A stretch of 61,675 bases of DNA, taken from assembly GCA_051294375.1 (NCBI GenBank), contig JBJCIZ010001664.1, positions 1 to 61,675 of the forward strand, given 5' to 3'. The position numbers were made by a program, and so were the translations under genes. Below are positions 1 through 10,643 of the stretch, one piece after another. Every line of letters begins with the position of its first letter. Positions within the stretch are counted from its first letter, which is position 1. The DNA comes from Paraspadella gotoi (Eukaryota; Animalia; Chaetognatha). The notes below the pieces were generated by a model. The model was not told where the DNA came from. It saw only the letters and a program-made list of their open reading frames with translations, and did no database searches.

Positions 1-390
1 GATCACATTGACATATAATGCTAATTCGAACCTCGACTGACGAGTACTGTATGCTCAAAAGGTTAGTACACTGGACCAGCTTACTCGAATATGCAAATGA
101 GATTAACGAGTCACGAGAAACTCAGGTATGAAAGAAAAATGTACTTTAATTATTAAATAATACTCGTTTTTCTATTAAATTACTTTAAACAATAATAACA
201 ACTCATTTTAATATTTGTTGGTTATGCGTATATGAAGTATCTGCCGTATTTGTCTGTCATTATCATTCTTTAAAACAACAATTATATGCGTATTTTAAAT
301 GTATTTTTTTACATAAAACCAATTTATTTACAATAAGAATTCAATGAACAGCATCAACAATGTTATTCATTTAAAATACAATATTACTAT

Positions 391-853
391 CATAAACGTA
401 CACGAGGAGCATGCAGCAGCCAGCTGCATCTCTCCCCCTGCAACTCTCTATCTTTGTCTCTCTCCTCCCTCGGCGGGAAGCCAGCGAAAAGCCAGCAAGA
501 AGCCGAAGCCTGCCTCACCGGGACCAAACAAAGACCTCACCAAACTCTATGACTGCAATAAAAGCCATGGGCCAATTGGAAGGAAGAAGAGGATTGGGGA
601 GGTTGGCAAAAGGGCCAATGAGAAGAAGGCCCGGGACTTGGTGGGGTCAAGGGATCGGTTTCTGTAGTAGAAAGTAGAGGCTTGATTTGTTTCCCATTCA
701 TTCTAGTTTCTAGGCTCGGAAAGCAAAGAGCATTTGAACTTACCATTTTATTCTTGCTGATCATTGACTTTGAATTAAACTCTCGTTTTGTGTTACATCG
801 AATTCTTATATCTCAACTAAAACTTGGTACTTAGCTCTCTAAAATCGTTCACG
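391..853 (+). repeat. 5' LTR of Gypsy-type element copy 1
   Basis: Starts CATAAACGTACAC and ends GTTCACG. Aligns with the LTRs at 9937, 20507, ~36535 and 50051. Preceded by CTAT (387-390). Confidence 0.9.
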
Positions 854-2935
854 TTCTGGACTCTCAGCCCAATAATGTACGGGATATAGATGTCTCTTTC
901 TCGAAAATCGAAAAATAAAATACTTCTCCAAATAATAAAATATAATTTCTTTTTGCGAACATTTCGAAAATCGAAATCGTCCCCACGTTGCCCTGACCTA
1001 CGTCGTCTACCCACAAAAAAAATAGAAACTTCGAAAAGCGGAAAACGCTCAACACACATACGAAATAACACGAAACTCCCCTTTCGAATTCATGCAAAAT
1101 TGAGCCTAACAAAGAAATCGAGATCTTTGTTAGACGTCGCAAAGGAAAGTCGAGCAAATTGCGTCAAAAGTGGCTGAGAAAAACACTGGAGGGCATGATA
1201 TTCTCTACCCATCCGCCCCAGCCGACACCCAATTCACTGCAAAGCGAAAAGGAGGCGGATATGGTGGTGCTACTTGGACCCCAATCACGGGCCTGACTCT
1301 CAAACTGCGCCTCTCTCGTCATCGACAACCTGGGCCACCGAAACAAAACAGACGCCGACAACTGCGCACGACATCGCAAACCGCATGGGCAACCTTCTAT
1401 CGCATGTGGACGATCACGTGTACCCACGACGCCCTATTAGGAGGTAAAGCCATCTCTCGCGGCGAAATAAACAGCGAAAACGTGCGTTAAAAATCCGTTC
1501 AATTCTTGAGCCCCAAAATCTCTGTCCATACCTCCACGCAGCTGAACAACTTGCGCGAGTTGCAGAATGTAGTGATCAAGTGACGCACCTGGAAAGCAGG
1601 GATCACGTTGAAATTCCTGCGCCTCATTACGAAAATAGAAAATAAATATAATTCTGCATATTTTATATCCAGTAGCTAAAAATAAAGCTGAATCAGGCAT
1701 ATACATGCGATAATTCCTTCAGGTTTACTTATTTTACTCTTCTGCGTCTTGTCCCTAATTATATACCAACGTCGTAAACCCACTCTTTCTAATATTCACA
1801 CTCCTATACGACAAAGACCACGCAAATTGATGAAGTCAGGAGAAAGATCAGCCGCCCGTGCCGAGAGCAGACATCGCGACATCAAGGCGATGCTGCAGGA
1901 GGGAACAGCACCGTGCAGGCAAACACGGCATGATATTTGTGATAAAGAAGATAAAATAAGAGAAACGCCATAAGAAGATATGACGAAAAAAGAGCCAGAA
2001 TATACGCGACCCTCGATAGACAGAGGGAAACAGCGCTAAGAGATACGCGGCAGCCGGACTTCAACCAGGAGCGCCGCTGCATGATATTAATTGCTGAAGC
2101 CAGACAAGGGCCCAGAATTTTGAATTTTTAAAAACACCACGAGACAAAATCGCCTGTCAAATATCTAAACGACGCCGCTAATAGGACGAGAAAAGCCATT
2201 ACGGATTCTTTGAAGAGGGTAACATGTTTTTACTCGAGACCGTCCCTCCGCGGATGACGATATGGACTATCCGCACCCATTTGCGTGTGTAACCGATTGC
2301 AGCTGCAAAGGCGCGTCTATTTCCACCAGGGACATATATCAGAGGGCCAAGCTGCTTCAACTTAGATACCCCGTGATCTGACGAGTGGCGACAAGTCTCT
2401 TACAATCAAGGGACTTAATGTTGACGTTCTTACGCAGTCGACATCTCGTTCCAGTGCTTGTCAGAGATTCGGCGGACTAGAATCAGAGGTGAGTAAGAGT
2501 GGACCCGGAATATACACTGCCTCGCAGTAGTGGAGATTAAGGGCTGAGGTGCGAGACGCCGAAGACGAGAGAGAGAGGGTAATAAGTTTTTCCAACAATA
2601 TACCGAAAGTTCGACATTCGTCGCCCCAGAGGAACGAAGAGTTCGCAGTGCCGCGTGCCACACGAGCCCATCAGTCTGCTATACGAAAAAGGCATTAAGC
2701 CCAGTAATGCACCGGAATCGCCCGGGAAGTTATGCGAAATAATTTTCAGGGTTGAACTGCATCGAAATCCCGGCAAGAGAAATGGTATCTTAGGAAGAAA
2801 AGGTACACAGAGGTGGATCCTCTTGAAGCGGATGGCTGGGGTAAACGCGAGGGCAGATTAGCGAGGACAACAAGGCGAGTGAGTTCGCGGCGTGACAAAA
2901 GTTACATAGAACTCCGGTCTTGAAGAGAACACATT

Positions 2936-4765
2936 ATGATCGTTAAACAAATCCTCAAGACGAGGGACTCCCTCCTACAAAAAGGTGCTCCACAGAGAAA
3001 GAACCCAACACGAGAGATGCAAACCGCCTACTACCAAGGAACTATGCTCCAAGAGGCCAACAACTCCAGGGAACTGCTGGAAAAGCTGACGAAGATGATC
3101 AAGGATAACGAGAAAAGGGACGACAAAAGAGACGACCGGAAATGGCGCGACAAGCACCCACGAGATTACCGCAGCAGAAACGAAGGCCGCGAACGCCGCG
3201 AGGGAAGAGACGAAGGCCGTTGGCAAGACAGAGGTTACCGCGGGAGACCAAAGTTCAACAAATTTGACACAAGACGTAGAGATTTTNNNNNNNNNNNNNN
3301 NNNNNNNNNNNNNNNNNNNNNNNNNNNNNNNNNNNNNNNNNNNNNNNNNNNNNNNNNNNNNNNNNNNNNNNNNNNNNNNNNNNNNNNNNNNNNNNNNNNN
3401 NNNNNNNNNNNNNNNNNNNNNNNNNNNNNNNNNNNNNNNNNNNNNNNNNNNNNNNNNNNNNNNNNNNNNNNNNNNNNNNNNNNNNNNNNNNNNNNNNNNN
3501 NNNNNNCCTCTAAAGAGAGAAAGAAGGCGGCAGAGCTAGCACAAACTGCCGCTAAGCACATCCAGCTGATGGCGACGGAGTCCACGCCAGTAGAAAACAC
3601 AGGCTTCCTCAAAGACTGTGCGAAGGCAGCTTTAAAGTTCACAGGGAAAACGGCAGCAGTACGCCTGCATAGACTTTTCAGCCCATTAGCCGAAAACGAG
3701 AAAAAATGCCTTGCCCTTGCCATTGTAAAAGAAAGCCTTGAGCCGTGGAAAGAATGGGCCTTAGCTGAAAAGAAAGCTTTCGTAAAAAGGCTAAAGATTT
3801 GCAAAAAATTATGCAAAAAAGGCGAGATGAACAAAAAGGCAAATGCCACCGAAGGGCATATAGAACAAAAGTCAACGCCAGAACCCAACGAACAAGACAA
3901 CGACAACTGTGAAGGACAAGTCCTCCCATTAGAAAGGCCACAGACGCCAACAACGGAACAAAAGGCAAAGCCTCGAGCCAACAGACTGAGGTCAAGCCTC
4001 ACCCAAACTGCCTCGAAGTATCGAAAGATAATATACAACCCAACCTACTCCATCGTTGGTAACGCTGGAGGCGAATCATTGCATCAAGCAACAATAAGGA
4101 AAGCCGAGGTAAAATGTCATGAACCAGAAATCTTTGTACCTGNNNNNNNNNNNNNNNNNNNNNNNNNNNNNNNNNNNNNNNNNNNNNNNNNNNNNNNNNN
4201 NNNNNNNNNNNNNNNNNNNNNNNNNNNNNNNNNNNNNNNNNNNNNNNNNNNNNNNNNNNNNNNNNNNNNNNNNNNNNNNNNNNNNNNNNAATTCTGTCTT
4301 GAAGACAAACCACAGCCGAGAGACGACACAAAGAGGAAAATAAATTTCAATAGCAACAGCTACATCCCCGCAGTAGTCGGCGGAGCCCCAGCTAGCTGCC
4401 TCTACGACACAGGCGCGTCCATTAACACCATCCCACGCAAATTCGTCGACGAATGGTCAATGGCGAGCAAAATTTATTCAGGACCACCGTTACGCGTAGN
4501 NNNNNNNNNNNNNNNNNNNNNNNNNNNNNNNNNNNNNNNNNNNNNNNNNNNNNNNNNNNNNNNNNNNNNNNNNNNNNNNNNNNNNNNNNNNNNNNNNNNN
4601 NNNNNNNNNNNNNNNNNNNNNNNNNNNNNNNNNNNNNNNNNNNNNNNNNNNNNNNNNNNNNNNNNNNNNNNNNNNNNNNNNNNNNNNNNGGATCCTCGAC
4701 ACCACTTTTTTCATATCGCCAGACGAGGAGGACAGGGACATCATTATTGGCACAGCGACAACTGA
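2936..4765 (+). CDS. gag: Gag C-terminal part plus aspartic protease (partial, N-gapped)
   Basis: The ORF contains the CLYDTGASIN aspartic protease motif. The downstream DIIIG motif lies in another frame after an N gap. Confidence 0.8.
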   Translation: MIVKQILKTRDSLLQKGAPQRKNPTREMQTAYYQGTMLQEANNSRELLEKLTKMIKDNEKRDDKRDDRKWRDKHPRDYRSRNEGRERREGRDEGRWQDRGYRGRPKFNKFDTRRRDFXXXXXXXXXXXXXXXXXXXXXXXXXXXXXXXXXXXXXXXXXXXXXXXXXXXXXXXXXXXXXXXXXXXXXXXXXXSKERKKAAELAQTAAKHIQLMATESTPVENTGFLKDCAKAALKFTGKTAAVRLHRLFSPLAENEKKCLALAIVKESLEPWKEWALAEKKAFVKRLKICKKLCKKGEMNKKANATEGHIEQKSTPEPNEQDNDNCEGQVLPLERPQTPTTEQKAKPRANRLRSSLTQTASKYRKIIYNPTYSIVGNAGGESLHQATIRKAEVKCHEPEIFVPXXXXXXXXXXXXXXXXXXXXXXXXXXXXXXXXXXXXXXXXXXXXXXXXXXFCLEDKPQPRDDTKRKINFNSNSYIPAVVGGAPASCLYDTGASINTIPRKFVDEWSMASKIYSGPPLRVXXXXXXXXXXXXXXXXXXXXXXXXXXXXXXXXXXXXXXXXXXXXXXXXXXXXXXXXXXXXXXXXDPRHHFFHIARRGGQGHHYWHSDN

Positions 4766-7099
4766 CCCAGGCCCAGCAAAGGAAATGTGGGTAATAACAC
4801 CGGCTGAAAAACAAGGCCTACAGATGGCGCACATGGGAGGAAAGCCAATCACTCACTTATAAAAGAGACTTAGATCTTTGTGCTATTCAATGGGATCGCG
4901 ACGTGGCGTTCTCTGCTCTCTCTCGTCTCTCTCTCGAGAGAGAGAAACTCAGGGCAAAAGTGTAAGAACGCTGTTATCGATTTACGGCGTCCGGAAGCGT
5001 CCGAGACCACTATCTTGCTCCCCTACGGTTCACGTCCATGCCGCCGTCACTGAGCGTTAATACATTGTAGTCACTTTATTTTTAAATTTATAATTAAGGA
5101 TTCTCAGCCATTTCGCTGATTTCATAGTTTTAAATCAGTAATTATTATTGTTCCAAAATATCAGTATTATTATTTCAATATATTCTCTAAATCCAAATTT
5201 TGGGGTTTCGTGTTTCACGCTCCGTAGTTTTTCTTTTTATTCTAAATTGGCCGGAACGAAGGATTTCGGCTTTACCGTCTATTCGTCGGAACTAGGTGAT
5301 TTGTAACACGTACGTCTCAACATCTCTATGTGCCGTTTCACATTTTTCATGATCGCCTTAGCACCGAAAGTTGATCCGTCCGGAAGACGGGCTTTTTTGG
5401 TACTCGTTTTTTGGCGATTACTCTTGTGAAGCGCGTCGTACCGAATTTGAATGAAATTTTTAAAACTAAGAAACTTGAGGGAATTTTCTATCGATCGAAC
5501 CAAATTATCGAAAAACGAGCACGAGAAAATAAAAGATAGTGGTCTTGGCTAATATATGGGTATAAATGTACGCTCACAGAATCTGTTTAACTGTTTATAC
5601 TTCAATTCACTAATTGACGATATAATAATGCCTTAATTGCCTACTAATTATTTGTTCTCATTGCTAGATAGCTACGCTTGGCAAGAGAAAATAAAGGTTT
5701 CCGCGCTTTCCTTTTCTGTTCTCCCCTCCTTCAATTTTTTTTTCCTCACGCGGTTTTCCCGAGCTTCTTTTTTTATCCTCCTCAGTCATTGTTGGTCACC
5801 ATAGTTAAGACTCATATAATTATATATATAATGAGGTTTCTCTCTTACTCTCACCCTGAGATTCTGGGGTTTTTCATAAGCCTATCGATCCAAGTTGTCC
5901 TCTTCTTCACGCCATTATTCTCTTCCCGTCTTCCCTCCTCATAACCCTGCTTCCTCTTCCCGCTCCCACCTGGCGTCCCGTCTAGAACGGCGCGCGCTCT
6001 TTCCTCCGTGATTGTCTCATCGATCACTCTTTCAGGCCTCCGGTATCTGTCGAGACATCTGGTTTCGCCAGCTGCTAAGGTCTTGCATGAGGCAGGTGCA
6101 GATGCAACTAGAGAGTAACACTAGGAGGGGAGTGTGTGGAGAGAGACGAGAGCTTCCACTTTTGTATCAGCCAGTTCTCACCATAACCTGGGAGCGCGGA
6201 AAATCAGATCCTCTATGCTCGTGACGGTTTTAAAATTCAATATCTTTGCGTCGTTTGATTATTGGGCCACCGGAATGACATAGTTCGCTACAGCTACTCC
6301 TAAAATGGCGGTTATTATGTCAAACGATTATAAGACACCACGGAAGTTACGTCTATGAGTTTTTGTTCATCTATTTTTTTAGACTCGTTAAATTCTCCAA
6401 AAATAAAATTTTTAATAGAGGGTGAATCGATTCTCGGACTTGTTCCGGAGAGAGTTTTCGCCATAAGTGTATGATCTTTCATGTGTCCAGGATATTCCAC
6501 TCGAGAAATGACGAGGCGCGGTTAGGAAATTAGCTCTTATAGCTGGTTTTTGCATGGACGACGGCCTGAAAGATGATTTGTTTCCAGCTTCTGAGTGTGG
6601 TAACATCGGGACATTCAACCTCAACTCGTTGCATCGACGACAAATAATGCAATGTAAAACAAGTCCGATGGCGGTGTTCAGTTTTTCCATCCGGCTCGGC
6701 TGTTGTTTGATCGGAACTGAAACACAAACCATCAAACGCACGCGCTTGATCTTGAGTTGGCCGGATTGGATCCATAGCTAGCGTTTGTCAGTAATTTTAT
6801 CATGATAAGGAGGAGACGGCGAGCAGGATCGATCTCGATTATAAACTCGGGGACGCGTATTTAACGCCGGATCCATTCGATAAAAACGACATTTATCCAA
6901 CCCGACTTTTTGCGAAAGAATGAAAATGATACTTTTTTGTGCGTCGTATCAATTAACAACTATAAAGCGGTTTAATTTATAATCGAATTATGTTACATTT
7001 TATTTAAAGAAAATGTAGAATTTGAAGTTCTTATGTCTTTTAGCGATCAGGATCATGGGGCTGGTCACGAGTACGGCACAGATGCACTAGGAATGTACC

Positions 7100-7940
7100 T
7101 ACACAGACCTTTGGCCGGTCTATAGAATAAGTAGTCCGTTGCGTGAGACGTGTATGAGATGGGTCACGGTGGCTGAGACGAGATGACGGCTACTGGGAAG
7201 TGGGGAAGCTCCCAATAAGATGTATAGCACCATAAAAGAGTTGAGGAACAGAACAAAGAAATTTGCCGGGGCGAGACGATCCCTTGAAAACGTTGTGAAA
7301 GCAAGAGAAGGAAGTGTGTGTGTGGAAAAGCTTGGCGCAGATTGGGAGAGGTGAGTGGAAATGAACACGATATAAATACTCATAGAGACGTTCTCCCTGC
7401 TGCGCTGGTCACCATAAAGTTGGCTTGAATTTTGGTAATGGGTCGGATCGTTGATTTAACGATTATGAGGGATGTATCTGAGAGCGTCTAGTAGAGCAGA
7501 GAGAGAAACGAGGTCTATGAGCCATGAGACGGGTTAGTACTGGACTGTAGAAGCTGCAGTACGCAGAGAGATAGTAGATTTCTGGCACTGTCGATGAAAT
7601 GGACGGGATGTTTGCGGATTGTTAGTATGCACGACAAAAGAGAACAGAGATTATTTGCTTGACAATGAGTGCCTCCTCGGAGGTGAGATGATCTAGGGCT
7701 TAAGTGCGATAGAGTGGGAGCAGGTGGACGTGACCGTGGCCAGTACCGATTTGTGGTTTGATCTTGACCTGCAGTTCGCGACATCGGACCATGAAGGTGT
7801 GGCACTGTATTTGTGGACGCCCTCAGTATTTTTTTCCTTCACTTTTAGAAACGAGTCTTGAACAATGAGAAAAATGAGAGTCGTCGGAAACCGTGTGCGG
7901 AATTTCGTCGCCGACAATTTTCGGCTTCGACTGAATCATT
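7100..7940 (-). pseudogene. Possible decayed APE endonuclease of a non-LTR retrotransposon
   Basis: Minus-strand fragments LIVQDSFLK, LRGG, FYSP, YGD and TFSR occur in APE motif order, but in mixed frames. Weak evidence. Confidence 0.25.
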
Positions 7941-8113
7941 CGCGATTTAGACGACTGTTTGTGGACCATGATTTCGTTGGGGCCGCTTTAGAACGGGACG
8001 CCGCTTGCACATGAGGGTGCTGCAGGTGATAGTTACCATGTCTTAATTCTCGAAATTTTTTTACTCACACAATCTCCATTTTCAACTACTACCTCAAAAC
8101 TGTCGACTTTTAG

Positions 8114-8330
8114 GCGCTCATTCTCTCCGCGACTTGGTCATCCACTTCTCGGAAGCGCGTCATCCAAATCGCCAAGCCCGTCGGCGCCCGTCGTTCGCTT
8201 TCAGTGCGACCAGGAAGACACTCAGATCGTTTTGGCTCAAGGAGGCCGACGAGAAGTTCACACCGGCACGAAGATTCTCTACGCCGGGACACAGTCTTCA
8301 CGAGGTGGACAAGAACAAGTTACTTTTTGG
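8114..8330 (+). CDS. Exon of a host immunoglobulin-superfamily gene (first Ig domain, N-terminal half)
   Basis: TTTTAG acceptor and GTGAGT donor at 8331. FQCDQEDTQIV and WLKE give the Ig Cys...Trp pattern across an indel. Splices in phase to the next exon (LLFG|EKFRPG). Confidence 0.6.
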
Positions 8331-8433
8331 GTGAGTTACCGTAGACGAGCGGTTGCGAACTATTTCATTGAATTCAATATTTTATTTTTGGTTTTTATTT
8401 CTCTTTCATATTTCCGCTTATCTTTCGCTTCAG

Positions 8434-8651
8434 CGAAAAATTCCGACCAGGCGTTACCCTCGTAATCCGGGATCTCCAAGTTGAGGACGCGGGATCCTAC
8501 ACATGCGGCAATCAAGTGAGGCGTGCTGACGGTGATCACGGCGCCCGCTTGTTCGCCAACGCCGCCTCTTCCCGACATCGAGGAAGAGAGGAGATGCAAC
8601 TTAGTTGCGCGTGCAGAGCAGAGGACCTAGCAAGCCACTCTCTCCTGGCTC
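8434..8651 (+). CDS. Exon of the Ig-superfamily gene (end of Ig1, start of Ig2)
   Basis: TTCAG acceptor and GTAAGT donor. Encodes VTLVIRDLQVEDAGSYTC, the canonical Ig L-x-I...D-x-G-x-Y-x-C motif, then VLTV and MQLSC...SWL with indels. Confidence 0.75.
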
Positions 8652-8796
8652 GTAAGTCGTCGCGATTTGTATGAAAGTTCGGTTTTTGATACCTTGTCTC
8701 TCGCTAATTAACTTACACTAATTAAGTTCTGGTGTTAAATTGTACATTCAGTGTTTAGGGATCTTGTCGGTCGTGTAGAAAAAAGAATAATAGTTT

Positions 8797-8945
8797 CTTA
8801 ACCACCCTAACCCAAATCACCCTTAACCCTAATTAACCCTTAAACCCAAACTACCTTTTACTTAACCACGCCTTACCCGAGCCAACCCTAACCACTAAAC
8901 CCTAACCACGCTTTACCCATTACCCTAACCACCCCTCGCCCTCCC
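8797..8945 (+). repeat. Degenerate telomere-like (CCCTAA/TAACC)n tract
   Basis: Many CCCTAA, TAACCC and TAACC units in a C-rich tract. Confidence 0.6.
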
Positions 8946-9002
8946 ACTAATTTTAATCAAAATTTTACTTTTTTTCTGTTGATAACAGGTTTATGTATAA
9001 TA

Positions 9003-9633
9003 AGGCGTAGTGAAAGTTACATACAAAAATTCTAAAAGTCAATTATGAACAATGGATATCATCATTGAACATTAATTTGTAACAAAAATTAATTTTTTAT
9101 GTTTTTTTTTAATTTTTGCAGTAGGCCTATATTTATATTATAGTACTATCCGTTATTAAAATCGAAAAATTTCAAAATGGCTTTTTTTAAATTTTGATTA
9201 CAGATTTGAATTTCCATCGTCAAAAGTTGATAGAAGAAAATATAAATCATTTTTAAAATTCTTTTTTCATTAAGCTTTGGTTTTAAAAATTAAAAAACTA
9301 TTAATTAATATATAAAAAGTTAATTTTTTTTCAGCTTAAAAATAATATAGGCTTTTTTTTAATTTTTCTGACTCCACTTAATGAAGGAATTTTTCAAACG
9401 AGTTTCTTTTTATCAACTTTTTATGACGAATCCAAATCTGCAAAAAAAAATTTAAAAAAACTGTTTTGGAAAATTTAACTTTTATGTTTGTACTAGTAAT
9501 AAATATGGCCTACTGATAAATTATAATGTTATTATAATTTTTTTTAATTAATAATATGTTCATTAGTATAATGTTGTATAGTTCCTCACTTTTAGAATTT
9601 TAATTAAGTTAAATTTTAAAATTTACTACGCCT
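9003..9633. mobile_element. Fold-back MITE with TA target duplication
   Basis: Termini AGGCGTAGT...ACTACGCCT are flanked by TA on both sides. Internal blocks are also inverted (GTAGGCC ~9121 vs GGCCTAC ~9507; CAGATTTG ~9201 vs CAAATCTG ~9433). Confidence 0.75.
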
Positions 9634-9799
9634 TAATGTATAATGTATATAGGTAGAGGTATATGCGCAACCGAAAAATAACCGACCAGCTCGGTTCCGT
9701 CGGCGAAAGTAAAATTGTGTCCAAGTTCTTTTTGTAGTGTATTCGGTAATTGATAGTTTAGTGACGCGAATATGCATATTACCATCACTTGTTTCTCAG

Positions 9800-9920
9800 G
9801 TTGGAAACGTCTCCGTCTCTGCACTCTATGTACAATAAGGACATCACCTCTCGTGTCTTGAAGTTTAAACCGCGATATAAACAACACGGACAACACGTTC
9901 GCTGTATCGTCATTCACGAG
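9800..9920 (+). CDS. Exon of the Ig-superfamily gene (C2-set-like Ig2, C-terminal half)
   Basis: TTTCTCAG acceptor and GT donor at 9921. TSRVLKFKPRYKQHGQHVRCIVIHE matches the S-x-L-x-F-x-P...HG...C-x-V-x-H pattern of CD80-like C2 domains. One indel needed. Confidence 0.65.
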
Positions 9921-9936
9921 GTTAATTTCCAACTAT

Positions 9937-10378
9937 CATAAACGTACACGAGGAGCATCGGCAGCCAGCTGCATCTCCACCCCTGCATCTCTCCATCTCT
10001 GCCTCTCTCCTCCCTCGGCAAGAAAGCCAGCAAGAAGCCGAAGCTCGCCTCACCAGGACCAAACAAAGACCTCACCAAGCTCTATGACCACAGAAAAGCC
10101 ATGGGCAATTGGAGAGAAGAAGAGGATTGGGAGGTTGGCAAAAGGGCCAATGAGAAGAAGGCCCTGGACTTGGTGGGGCCAGAGGATCGTTTCTGTAGGA
10201 GAAAGTAGAGGCTTGACTTTGTTTCCTATTCATTCTAGTTTCTAGGCTCGGAAAGCAAAGAGCATTTGAACTTACTTATTCGTTACTCGCTGATCATGTG
10301 ACTTTGAAATAAACTCTCGTTTGTGTTACTTCGAATTCTTATATTCACTGAACTTGGAACTTAGCTAAAACGTTAACG
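9937..10378 (+). repeat. 5' LTR of copy 2 (442 bp)
   Basis: CATAAACG...GTTAACG with an internal AATAAA (~10308). Preceded by CTAT (9933-9936). Confidence 0.9.
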
Positions 10379-10390
10379 TGGTGACAGCAA
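10379..10390 (+). promoter_or_regulatory. Putative primer binding site TGGTGACAGC
   Basis: The TGG start directly follows the LTR end, which is defined by comparison with the 3' LTR ending at 50504. It resembles the complement of tRNA-Leu 3' ends; the tRNA is not identified. Confidence 0.65.
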
Positions 10391-10643
10391 AAGATTACGA
10401 AAGAGCTCTTCGGAAAATCGAAAATAAAAACTTTCAAAAAAAAAAAAATAAATTCTTTTTGCGAACTTTTTCGAAAATCGAAATCGCCCACGTTGCCTGA
10501 CCACTCGCTACCACAAAAAAAAAAAGAAAACTTCGAAAGCGGAAACGCAACACAAAAAATAACACGAGAACTCACCCGAATCAGCAAATTGAGCCTACAA
10601 AAAATCGAGATCTTTGTTAGACGTCGCAAAGAAAGTCGCGCAA

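Larger units (their letters stand above)
391..4860 (+). mobile_element. Gypsy-type LTR retroelement copy 1, 3'-truncated (LTR, leader, gag, protease)
   Basis: Collinear with 9937-13485. Similarity stops after ATCACTCACTTAT at ~4860. The 5' part is indel-rich. Confidence 0.9.

Noticed and set aside
4045-4095. SIVGNAGGESLHQA in gag as an OTU catalytic loop
   Set aside because: It is a short resemblance without Cys or downstream OTU motifs.
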